Made by a program: the position numbers and the translations under genes. A stretch of 64,000 nt of DNA. It comes from an uncultured Holophaga sp. (lineage in GTDB: Bacteria > Acidobacteriota > Holophagae > Holophagales > Holophagaceae). Shown piece by piece: positions 21,476 to 29,675 of the stretch. Under the pieces are notes generated by a model. That model searched no databases, was not told the origin of the DNA, and saw only the letters and a list, made by a program, of their open reading frames with translations. The stretch is taken from positions 1,824,001-1,888,000 of the forward strand of contig OY761614.1 of NCBI GenBank assembly GCA_963664825.1, given 5' to 3'. Within the stretch, counting starts at the first letter, position 1; every line of letters starts with the position of its first letter.

Positions 21476-21657
21476 TCGAGCCAGGACTGAACCTCGTCTG
21501 GATCGTAGATGCGCTTCCTGGGCGATAGCTGGATGCACTTCGGCTTGTTAGGGCGCTGCCGGAAGGCGCGGACGCTGCATCCGAGCAGGCGAGCGAGATC
21601 AGCTTCGCTGAGGTAGCGCTTGGGAGTGGGAAGGTGGACCTCCCCTCCATGCTGCAC
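21476..21657 (-). pseudogene. AlpA/excisionase-like HTH fragment
   Basis: YLSEADLARLLGCS..P..IQLSPRKRIYDPDEVQSWLD. Confidence 0.65.
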
Positions 21658-21921
21658 TCGGGCTTCTTGAGAAGGGCCTCAAGGTTGGCGTCGGTCAGGT
21701 TGATCTTCATCGTCATTTTCGACCACCTTTGCAACCACCAGTATGAGGTTGCAACCAGTTTCTACCAGACATAAGTGGTCGAAAATAGCCCGAATTGGAT
21801 CTTTGCAACTGCAAATAGTGTTTATTATCAGTCACAATACATAGCTGCCCCTCTGCTCGTTTATTACGCCCCTTTGCTTTGGGAGCAGAGGGTCGAAGGT
21901 TCGAATCCTTTCGCCCCGACC

Positions 21922-21959
21922 AACAAACAAAGGGCACCCTCGGGTGCCCTTTGTTTGTT
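21922..21959. terminator. Bidirectional terminator after attR
   Basis: AACAAACAAAGGGCACCC-tc-GGGTGCCCTTTGTTTGTT. Confidence 0.8.
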
Positions 21960-21993
21960 GAACATGAGCTTTCGAAAGGGTTTGCCTCAGGGA

Positions 21994-22131
21994 TCACTTT
22001 CTCTTTTTGGCTGGGGTGAGAGTGGCCTGCTTCAAGGGCTCGGAAATCTTGCTGTTCAAATCCGCACCCCGGGAGGTCGCTCCATGCACGACGGGAGGTT
22101 TGGCTTTTTTGGGCTTCTTATCGTTGGACAT
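21994..22131 (-). CDS. Small basic protein, 45 aa (below the ORF-track cutoff)
   Basis: Translated by hand: MSNDKKPKKAKPPVVHGATSRGADLNSKISEPLKQATLTPAKKRK; ends just before the terminator. Confidence 0.45.
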   Translation of the reverse strand: MSNDKKPKKAKPPVVHGATSRGADLNSKISEPLKQATLTPAKKRK

Positions 22132-22349
22132 GAATGCTCTTTCTGAGCTCCGTCAAATGGGGACCGGGCTCTTGACCCATCATGGCCCCAATCGCGGGAA
22201 GCTCCGGATTATTCGAAAGTAGCTTCGAATCGCCCCTCCAAGCGCGTACGACCATAATCCTGGGGCGGAACTGCCGCCCATGGGATAATCGTTGTCTACC
22301 GAGTCGCCTCCTGCGTCCGGGCAGATAACCCTCAACGCGAATCCGATCC

Positions 22350-23588
22350 ATGGCCTCTCTGTCCCATCTTCGTCACGCCTTTCGAGCCCTGAAACACCGG
22401 AATTTTCAGATCTTCTGGGCAGGCCAAGGCATCAGCGTGGCGGGGACCTGGATGCAGACCATGGCCCAGTCCTGGCTGCTCTACCGCCTCACGAATTCGG
22501 CGCTGGCCCTGGGTTTTCTCACGGTCGCACGCTTCGGACCCGCCCTGGTGATCGCCCCCTTGGCGGGCCTGGCGGCGGACCGTTTGCCCCGGCGCAAGGT
22601 GGTGATCGGCACCCAGGCCACGAGTCTGGTCCTGGCGTCGGCGCTGGCGGTGCTCACGCTGGGGGGCTGGATCCGGGTGAGCCACATCATGATCCTGGCC
22701 CTCCTCCAGGGCAGCGTGGATTCCCTGGACATGACCGTGCGCCAGACCTTCCAGATGGATCTGGTGGGCGCCGAAGATCTCCAGAGTGCGGTGTCGCTCA
22801 ATTCCGCGGCCTTCAATTCCGGCCGCATGGTGGGTCCCGCCCTGGCGGGGCTCCTGGTGGCCAGACTCGGCGAGGGCTGGTGCTTCGTCGTGAACGCCGC
22901 CAGCTACCTGGCGGTGCTGACCTCCCTCTTCTTCCTGCACGTGAAACCCGTGGGCCAGGGGGCTCCTCGGCGATCCATGGCTCAGGATCTGGCGGCGGGA
23001 TTGGGCTACGCCTGGGGCACCCCTGCCATCCGCCGCGTGATGCTGGCGGTGGCCATGACCTCCGCCATCGGCCTCTCCGCCAATGCCATCACGCCCGCCT
23101 TGGCGCGGGATGTCCTCTCTGCGGGTCCCCGCGGCTATGGCGCCATCCTGGCGGGAGCGGGGGTGGGGGCGATCCTGGGGGCTCTGGTGGCGGCGGCAGC
23201 TTCGACCTCCAAGCGGGCCGCCCTGGTCAATGTGATGGCCCTTGGGGCCATGGGTCTCAGCCTCATCGGCCTGGGGCTGGCCCGGGACCTCCGCCTAGCC
23301 GTGCTGTGCATGACGCTGGTGGGCAGCGCCAGCGCCTTGCAACTGGCCACCAGCAACACCTTTCTCCAGACCGCCTCCAGGCCGGAGCTGCGGGGCCGGG
23401 TGGTGTCGCTTTACGTCTGGATCTTCCAGGGCCTTGCCCCCGTGGGAGGCTTGGGGGCGGGCTGGGTCGCCCATCGTGCGGGGATCCCAACGGCCATCCT
23501 GGGTTCTGGCCTGCTCTGCCTCCTCGCCGGGGGCGCCCTCAGCCTCGTGCCCTCGGGGCAGGTGCTACCGCCCCAGGGCCAGGCCTAG
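22350..23588 (+). CDS. MFS transporter (MFS_3/H+ antiporter-like)
   Basis: FRALKHRNF..GQGIS..GTWMQ; G.AADRLPRR motif A. Confidence 0.9.
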   Translation: MASLSHLRHAFRALKHRNFQIFWAGQGISVAGTWMQTMAQSWLLYRLTNSALALGFLTVARFGPALVIAPLAGLAADRLPRRKVVIGTQATSLVLASALAVLTLGGWIRVSHIMILALLQGSVDSLDMTVRQTFQMDLVGAEDLQSAVSLNSAAFNSGRMVGPALAGLLVARLGEGWCFVVNAASYLAVLTSLFFLHVKPVGQGAPRRSMAQDLAAGLGYAWGTPAIRRVMLAVAMTSAIGLSANAITPALARDVLSAGPRGYGAILAGAGVGAILGALVAAAASTSKRAALVNVMALGAMGLSLIGLGLARDLRLAVLCMTLVGSASALQLATSNTFLQTASRPELRGRVVSLYVWIFQGLAPVGGLGAGWVAHRAGIPTAILGSGLLCLLAGGALSLVPSGQVLPPQGQA

Positions 23589-24440
23589 GCCCAGCAGGAG
23601 ACCGTAGGCGAGTTCCATGCGGCCCGTGGCCCGCAGGATCGGCACGAGGGCCTGGGCGGAGGCTCCGGTCAGGACGGCCTGGACCGGTTGGAGCGCGAAG
23701 GGCAGGACGATAAAGGCGAGGGCCGTCCAGGGGTGGGTGGGCAGCATGGAGACCACGGCCAGCGCCGCCATTCCCAGGAGTCCGGCGTAGAGCCTGCGGG
23801 TGCCGGCATCCCCCAATCGAACGGCCAGCGTGCGCTTTCCGGAGGCCTGGTCGGTGGGAATATCCCGCAGGTTATTGGCCACCAGGAGCGCACAGGCCAG
23901 GGCGCCGATGCCCATGGCGGCGCAGAGCGCGGGAAGGGAGATTCTTCCCGCCTGGGTGTAGGTCGTGCCCAGCACCGCCACCAGGCCGAAGAAGATGAAT
24001 ACGAAGATCTCGCCCCAGCCGCGGTATCCGTAGGGGCGGCGCCCTCCCGTGTAGCACCACGCGGCCGGTAGGCACGCGGCTCCCACCACCGCCATCCACC
24101 AGGCCTGGGACAGGGCGATGAGGGTGATGCCGGCGACGGCGGCGACGGCAAAGGCCGCGAAGGCGGCCATGCGCACCGCCTTGGGCCGGGCCGCCCCCGA
24201 ACCCGTGAGCCGCAGGGGGCCCACCCGCTCGGCATCGGTGCCCCGGATCCCATCGGAATAGTCGTTGGCGAAATTGACGCCCACCTGGAGGGCCAGGGCG
24301 ACGAGGAGGGCCAGTGTGGCCCGGACGGGGCTGGCCCCATGGAGGGCAGCCGCCGCGCCCGTGCCCGCGGCCACCGGCGCCAGCGCCGCGGGCAGCGTCC
24401 AGGGGCGGGCGCCCTGCAACCACTGGCCGGATGTCGCCAT
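23565..24440 (-). CDS. menA: 1,4-dihydroxy-2-naphthoate prenyltransferase
   Basis: ARPWTL, NFANDYSD..GTD, ANNLRDIPTD..GKRTLAVRLG. Confidence 0.93.
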   Translation of the reverse strand: MATSGQWLQGARPWTLPAALAPVAAGTGAAAALHGASPVRATLALLVALALQVGVNFANDYSDGIRGTDAERVGPLRLTGSGAARPKAVRMAAFAAFAVAAVAGITLIALSQAWWMAVVGAACLPAAWCYTGGRRPYGYRGWGEIFVFIFFGLVAVLGTTYTQAGRISLPALCAAMGIGALACALLVANNLRDIPTDQASGKRTLAVRLGDAGTRRLYAGLLGMAALAVVSMLPTHPWTALAFIVLPFALQPVQAVLTGASAQALVPILRATGRMELAYGLLLGLGLALGR

Positions 24441-24476
24441 GGCACCTCCCTGCGCTTTCCGAGCGCTTTTCCGATA

Positions 24477-25709
24477 CTACTCGAGGGAGGCCAGGACCTC
24501 CGGGTCGGGAGAGGCCTCCGCGGTCTGGGTGGTCCAGCCGGTGAAGGTGATCAGGATGGTCAGGAGCTGGATGAGGATGACCAGGGCCACGCAGGCCGAC
24601 CATCCGCCCCAGCGCCACAGGAAGCCGGGGAGCTCCGACCCCACGCTGCCTCCGATGTAGTAGCAGGTCACGTAGAGCCCGACGGCGAGGGCCTTGCCAT
24701 GGCTGGCGGCCAGGCCCATGTAGCTATTGGCGGCGGCCTGGGCCACGAAGACTCCGGAGCAGCAGAGGGCCAGGCCCGCCACCACCATCCAGAGACTGGG
24801 AATGAGGGTGAGCAGCATCCCTCCCATGCCGGCGCCCATGGCCAGCGCCAGGGCTTTCCGGTGGCCCCACCGATCGATGAGGCGGCCACAGGGGGGCGTG
24901 ACGACCGCGCCGATGAGGTAGGTGAAAAACACCGATCCGATGGCCAGGGGGCCCAGGTGGAAGGGCTCTCCGGCCAGATGGAAGGTCACGTAGGTGAAGG
25001 AAGCCACCAGGGAGAAGAGCACGCAGAATCCCGCCGCGAAGGTGGCCAGGAGCCTCGGGTTGCGGAGATGGGAGGCCATGCCCGCCAGCAGGGACCCTTC
25101 CCGGGCGCCCCCGGTGAAGTGCCGTTCCTTGGGAAGCCAGGCCTGGAGCACCAGGGCGGAGCCGGCGCCCATGGCGCCCAGGGCCACGAAGGCCCAGTGC
25201 CAGTTCCAGTGGGAGACGATCAGGGCCGATAGCATGCGTCCGGTGAATCCACCGATGGCGGTGCCTGTGACATAGAGGGCCATGGCTCGGCCCGCGCCCC
25301 CTGCCACCCATTCCTCCTGGACATAGGCCACCGTCACCGCAAAGACCCCGGGCGTGAAGAGGCCCTGGAGGAACCTCCAGAAGATCAGGGCCGGGAGCCC
25401 CTGGGCCGTGGCGTTCAGCAGAGTGGCCACCGCCAGGAGGGTGGCCGATCCGACGATGAGGCGCTTGCGCCCCCAGCGATCCGCCAGGGAGCCCACCAGG
25501 GGGGCCGCCATGGCCACCCCGAGGGTGGAGGCTGTGAGGGTCAGGCTCACCGTGCTCTTGCCCACCTGGAAATAGCGCTCCAGCATGGGCAGGAGCGGCT
25601 GGGTGGCATAGAGCCCCAGGAAGGCGCAGAAGCCCGCGAAGGTGACGGCCCAGGAACGGCGGCTTTCCGATTTCCGGACAGAGATCTGAAAAAGAGCATC
25701 CTCGCGCAT
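24477..25709 (-). CDS. MFS transporter (YnfM-like)
   Basis: LYATQPLLP, GSLADRWGRK, AYVQEE. Confidence 0.9.
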   Translation of the reverse strand: MREDALFQISVRKSESRRSWAVTFAGFCAFLGLYATQPLLPMLERYFQVGKSTVSLTLTASTLGVAMAAPLVGSLADRWGRKRLIVGSATLLAVATLLNATAQGLPALIFWRFLQGLFTPGVFAVTVAYVQEEWVAGGAGRAMALYVTGTAIGGFTGRMLSALIVSHWNWHWAFVALGAMGAGSALVLQAWLPKERHFTGGAREGSLLAGMASHLRNPRLLATFAAGFCVLFSLVASFTYVTFHLAGEPFHLGPLAIGSVFFTYLIGAVVTPPCGRLIDRWGHRKALALAMGAGMGGMLLTLIPSLWMVVAGLALCCSGVFVAQAAANSYMGLAASHGKALAVGLYVTCYYIGGSVGSELPGFLWRWGGWSACVALVILIQLLTILITFTGWTTQTAEASPDPEVLASLE

Positions 25710-25783
25710 GTTTTCAGTATTGGATCCGATCAATCCAATGGAAAATATCTGTTTAAGGCCTGTCTAATACCTAGGGGGTCTCA

Positions 25784-26680
25784 GTGGAACTGCGCCATCT
25801 CCGCTACTTCGTGGCCGTGGCCGAAGAACTCCACTTCAGCCGGGCCGCCGCTCGCCTCCACATGGCCCAGCCTCCCTTGAGCCAGCAGATCCGGCACCTG
25901 GAGGAAGAACTGGGCCTCCCACTGCTGACCCGCACCAAGCGCCGGGTGGAATTGACCGAACCCGGCCGCCAGTTCCTGCTCTCCGCCCGGGAGATCCTCG
26001 CCCTGACCGAGCGCGCCATCGCCCAGGTCCAGCGCGCGGCCCGGGGGGAGACGGGCCAGATCACCATCGGTCTGGTGAGCTCGGTGGCCTACGAAGATAC
26101 CCTCCCCAGGCTGCTGCGGGCCTACCGGGAGCGCTATCCCGATGTCGCCATCACGCTTCTGGAAATGAGCACGGGCGAACAGCTTGCGGCGCTTCGGGAG
26201 GACCGGATCCAGATCGGATTCCTGCGCCCGCCCATCCAGGAACCGGACCTCACCATCACGACGCTCCTGCGGGAACCCCTGGTGGCGGTGCTCCCCGCGG
26301 CCCACCCCCTGGCGGCCAAGCGGTGCATCCCCCTGGAGGCCCTGGCCGAGGACCCCTTCATCATGATTTCCCATAGTCATGGCCTCGGGATCCTGGACCT
26401 GGTGATGGGGGCCTGCCTGAGGGCCGGGTTCACTCCTCGGATCTCCCAGGAGGCCAAGGAGATCCAGACCGTCGTGGGGTTCGTCGCGGCCGGTTTCGGC
26501 GTCTCCCTGCTGCCGGCGACGGTGCGCAAACTGAGGCATAGCGGCGTCGCCTATCTGACCCTTGATCCGCCAGAGGTGCAGATCGAGATCGCCGCGGCCC
26601 ACAGGAGCCAGGATTCCTCTCCGCTGCTCACGGCCTTCCTGGCCGTCCTGGGGGAGATGAGGCCCCGGGCCCAGGCCTGA
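25784..26680 (+). CDS. LysR-family regulator, divergent from the MFS gene
   Basis: MELRHLRYFVAVAEELHFSRAAARLHMAQPPLSQQI. Confidence 0.95.
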   Translation: MELRHLRYFVAVAEELHFSRAAARLHMAQPPLSQQIRHLEEELGLPLLTRTKRRVELTEPGRQFLLSAREILALTERAIAQVQRAARGETGQITIGLVSSVAYEDTLPRLLRAYRERYPDVAITLLEMSTGEQLAALREDRIQIGFLRPPIQEPDLTITTLLREPLVAVLPAAHPLAAKRCIPLEALAEDPFIMISHSHGLGILDLVMGACLRAGFTPRISQEAKEIQTVVGFVAAGFGVSLLPATVRKLRHSGVAYLTLDPPEVQIEIAAAHRSQDSSPLLTAFLAVLGEMRPRAQA

Positions 26681-26693
26681 AGACCCCTCGCTG

Positions 26694-27590
26694 CTACTTC
26701 AGGAAGAAGAGGCCTGCGGCGCCAACCAGGGTGATGAACGTGCCCAGGATGGCCCTGGGGCTGATCCGCTCCTTGAAGGCGAAAGCGGAGAGGGGCAGGA
26801 GGATCACCGGGGAGAGGGACATCAGGGTCGAGGCCACCCCCAGGGACTTCGCATGGCTGATGGCGTAGAGGGAGAGCACCACCCCCAGCACGGGACCTGT
26901 GAGGGCTCCGAGTGTGATGAGCGAGAAGGCCCGGCGGTCCTTGAGGCGCAGGATGTTCTCCCGCATTTGGCCCCGGAGGAAGAGCCATATGGAAAGGGCG
27001 AGGGTGCCGGCGCCCACCCGGATCAGGTTGGCGGAGATGGGGCTGAAGCCATCCGCCAGGCCGTATTTGGAGAGCAGGAACCCGATGGCCTGCCCCAGGG
27101 CGCCGCCGAGGGCCAGGAGGACTCCCAGCACCAGCTTGCGGGGGCGATCATCGGCCACCGAGGAATGATCGGCCACCACCAGCGCGATGCCGCCCAGGGT
27201 CGCGATCATGGCCAGGATGCGGAGCGGGCTCATGGTCTGGCCGAGGAAGGCCCAGGCGAGAAGGGCGGCCAGGATCGGCCACAGCGTCATGATCAGCATG
27301 GTCAGCCGCGGCCCCAGAAGCACGAAGGCCTCGAAGAGGACGGCATCTCCCAGGGCGAATCCGATGAGGCCCGAGATTCCCAGCACACCGAGCCTCCAGG
27401 CCTCGATCTGGGGCCAGAGGCTGCCGGAGGTGACCAGGTGCAGCGCCAGCATGGCGGCCAGGGCGATCCATAGGCGCACCAGGTTCACGGTGGCGCTGCC
27501 CACGCGACGGCCGGCGATGGTGAAGCAGACCGAATTGGCCGACCAGCACAGGGCTGTGAGGAGGGAGGCGAGTTCGCCCAGGTATGGCAT
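26694..27590 (-). CDS. DMT/EamA-family transporter
   Basis: Two EamA repeats, about 10 TM helices. Confidence 0.88.
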   Translation of the reverse strand: MPYLGELASLLTALCWSANSVCFTIAGRRVGSATVNLVRLWIALAAMLALHLVTSGSLWPQIEAWRLGVLGISGLIGFALGDAVLFEAFVLLGPRLTMLIMTLWPILAALLAWAFLGQTMSPLRILAMIATLGGIALVVADHSSVADDRPRKLVLGVLLALGGALGQAIGFLLSKYGLADGFSPISANLIRVGAGTLALSIWLFLRGQMRENILRLKDRRAFSLITLGALTGPVLGVVLSLYAISHAKSLGVASTLMSLSPVILLPLSAFAFKERISPRAILGTFITLVGAAGLFFLK

Positions 27591-27759
27591 GGGGCTCCAG
27601 CAAAAGACGAAGCCTCATCTTACGAGGATCAGGCCTCTGGAACCATGTGCAGCCCTCCGGGGCCTCCTTCTGGCATCCTAGAAGAGGACCCTGCAGATCT
27701 GGGTGAATGGATTTCCCGGATGGTTGGTCTGCATGCTTACCCCTTTCTCGGAGCCTTCC

Positions 27760-28107
27760 TTGAACCACGCAGCCGAAGACGCAACGCCCGCCGAAACCCA
27801 GATCACCGGGACCGTCGCCGAACTCATCGCCCTGGCTGCGGCCATGGCGGCCAATAACGAAGAGGCCTTCCAGGGCCACTACGCCCACCTGTGCAAGCTG
27901 GGCGCGGCGCGGGAGGACATGATCCAGGCCGTCAATATCGCCCTTCAGGTGAAGATGGCCCCCCATCGGGCCCTGGTGGAGATGGCCGAGCACTACCTGG
28001 TGGGCGAGGAGACCGGGGGCTGCTGCGGCGGCGGGGAATGCAGCTGCGAAGGCGAAGGCGGCGAATGCGGGTGTGAAGGCGAGGAGGGCGGCTGCGGCTG
28101 CCACTGA
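27760..28107 (+). CDS. Carboxymuconolactone decarboxylase/AhpD-like protein with Cys-rich tail
   Basis: ELIALAAA.A.N....H....KLG....IQAV..A..VK; tail GGCCGGGECSC..CGC..CGCH. Confidence 0.65.
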   Translation: MNHAAEDATPAETQITGTVAELIALAAAMAANNEEAFQGHYAHLCKLGAAREDMIQAVNIALQVKMAPHRALVEMAEHYLVGEETGGCCGGGECSCEGEGGECGCEGEEGGCGCH

Positions 28108-28186
28108 GCGGAACCCCTTAGCTAAGGCCCCCTGCGTGCACGGGGGCCCTAGCTAAGGAACCAGGAAAGCGGCGCGGTGACGGGCC

Positions 28187-28840
28187 CTACTCCTTGGGGA
28201 AGGGTATGAGAGCCGTGCCCGGTTTCGGAGTCGGGGCGGGAGTGCCGAGGAAGATGAACTGGGGGAGAAGACTCAGCCAGGGCAGGGACCAGGCATTGGA
28301 GGCTCGACCGGTCCCGTCGGGGCCCTGCTGAACGATCAGCTGGTCCGGGAGAAACTGGAGATCGAGGCCTGTGCCCCCGGGTAGCGGCAGATAGGCCACC
28401 CGGGACGTGGCTGGGTGCAGCACCGTGAGGAGGCGCTCCTCGTCATCGATAATCCAAAGGGTTCCCCTGAGGCCGGGCCTGAAGTCCGCCTGGCCCAGGG
28501 GGAGGGCGCCCAGGCCCGTGCGGAGGGGCGTCTCGGCGGGGAAGTTCCAGGTGCCAGAGGTGCCGGGGAGGGGGTGTCCTCCATCCCTCCAGAGGCGCTT
28601 GGGGCGGCCGGGCAGCCCCGTGCGGAGCAAGATGATGCCCTTGGCGTCCACCACCTTCAGGGCTCCATCCGGGTCCAGACTCACCCGGAGCGACCCTTCC
28701 TGCGGGCGCTCCGGGAGAGGGGGGCGTTCCTCGGCAGGGATGGCGCACCAGGGCAGGTTCGGGGTCTTGTCCCAGGACAGGCTCCGGGGGGATTGGGCCG
28801 CCAGGGTGGCGGTGATCAGAAAGAGGGGGCCCAGCCGCAC
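28187..28840 (-). CDS. Exported hypothetical protein
   Basis: Signal peptide; overlaps the tatD end. Confidence 0.6.
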   Translation of the reverse strand: MRLGPLFLITATLAAQSPRSLSWDKTPNLPWCAIPAEERPPLPERPQEGSLRVSLDPDGALKVVDAKGIILLRTGLPGRPKRLWRDGGHPLPGTSGTWNFPAETPLRTGLGALPLGQADFRPGLRGTLWIIDDEERLLTVLHPATSRVAYLPLPGGTGLDLQFLPDQLIVQQGPDGTGRASNAWSLPWLSLLPQFIFLGTPAPTPKPGTALIPFPKE

Positions 28841-29595
28841 AGTTCCTCCAGATTTTGGGTGGTCCGCGTGGCCAGCTCCGGGATTCCGATCCCCCTCAAC
28901 TGGGCCAGTTGTGCGGCCACGAAGGTGACGAAGGCGGGCTCGTTGGTCTGGCCTCGATGGGGCACGGGGGCCAGGTAGGGGGAGTCCGTCTCCACCAGGA
29001 TCCGGTCCCCAGGTGCCCAGGCCGCCACTTCCCGGATGGCCTCGGCCTTCTTGAAGGTGAGAATGCCGGAGAAACTGAGGTAGAAGCCCAGGTCCAGGGC
29101 CCGCCGGGCGAAGGCTAGGTTCTCAGAGAAACAGTGGATGATGCCCCGGACGGCCTCGGCTCCTTCCTCTTCCAGAATGCGAAGGGTCTCCTCCGGAGCC
29201 TGGCGGGTATGGATCATGAGGGGCTTGCCGATGTCCTTGGCCAGGCGGATCTGTTCCCGGAAGACGGATTCCTGGGTCTCCCGGGGACTGAGATCGTAGT
29301 GCCAGTCCAGGCCCGTTTCCCCCACGAAACGCACGGCAGGATCCCGCAGCAGCCCTTCCAGGGCCGGGCCCGTTCCAAGGTCCCAGGTCTTGGCCTCATG
29401 AGGGTGGACCCCCAGGCAGGCCTGGATATTGGGCGTATTGTGGGCCAATTCCAGCACCTTCCGGGAATCCTCCAGATCGGTAGCCACGGCCACGAAACCG
29501 CCCACTCCCGCGCGGTGCGCACGGTCCAGGGTGGCCTCAAGGTTTTGTTCTTCCAGATGGCTGCCGAGAAGATGACAGTGAGCATCCACGAGCAT
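28816..29595 (-). CDS. tatD: TatD-family DNase
   Basis: DAHCH, GVHPH, GETGLD, IHTR, HCFS, ETDSPYLAP. Confidence 0.93.
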   Translation of the reverse strand: MLVDAHCHLLGSHLEEQNLEATLDRAHRAGVGGFVAVATDLEDSRKVLELAHNTPNIQACLGVHPHEAKTWDLGTGPALEGLLRDPAVRFVGETGLDWHYDLSPRETQESVFREQIRLAKDIGKPLMIHTRQAPEETLRILEEEGAEAVRGIIHCFSENLAFARRALDLGFYLSFSGILTFKKAEAIREVAAWAPGDRILVETDSPYLAPVPHRGQTNEPAFVTFVAAQLAQLRGIGIPELATRTTQNLEELCGWAPSF

Positions 29596-29675
29596 GTTCG
29601 ACTCCTCCATCATGTTGGCACGGGGAAGGTCCACCCTTGGCGCACAAGTCGGCTACCTTAGGAACTGAGCTTTAT

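Larger units (their letters stand above)
19649..21925. mobile_element. Degenerate 2.2-kb integrative element in tRNA-Pro(TGG)
   Basis: Identical 51-bp repeats at 19649-19699 and 21875-21925; lower GC; xis-like and int-like fragments inside. Confidence 0.9.

Noticed and set aside
21875..21925. Second tRNA-Pro gene
   Set aside because: Only the 3' part is present, with no D-arm or 5' acceptor strand; it is attR.
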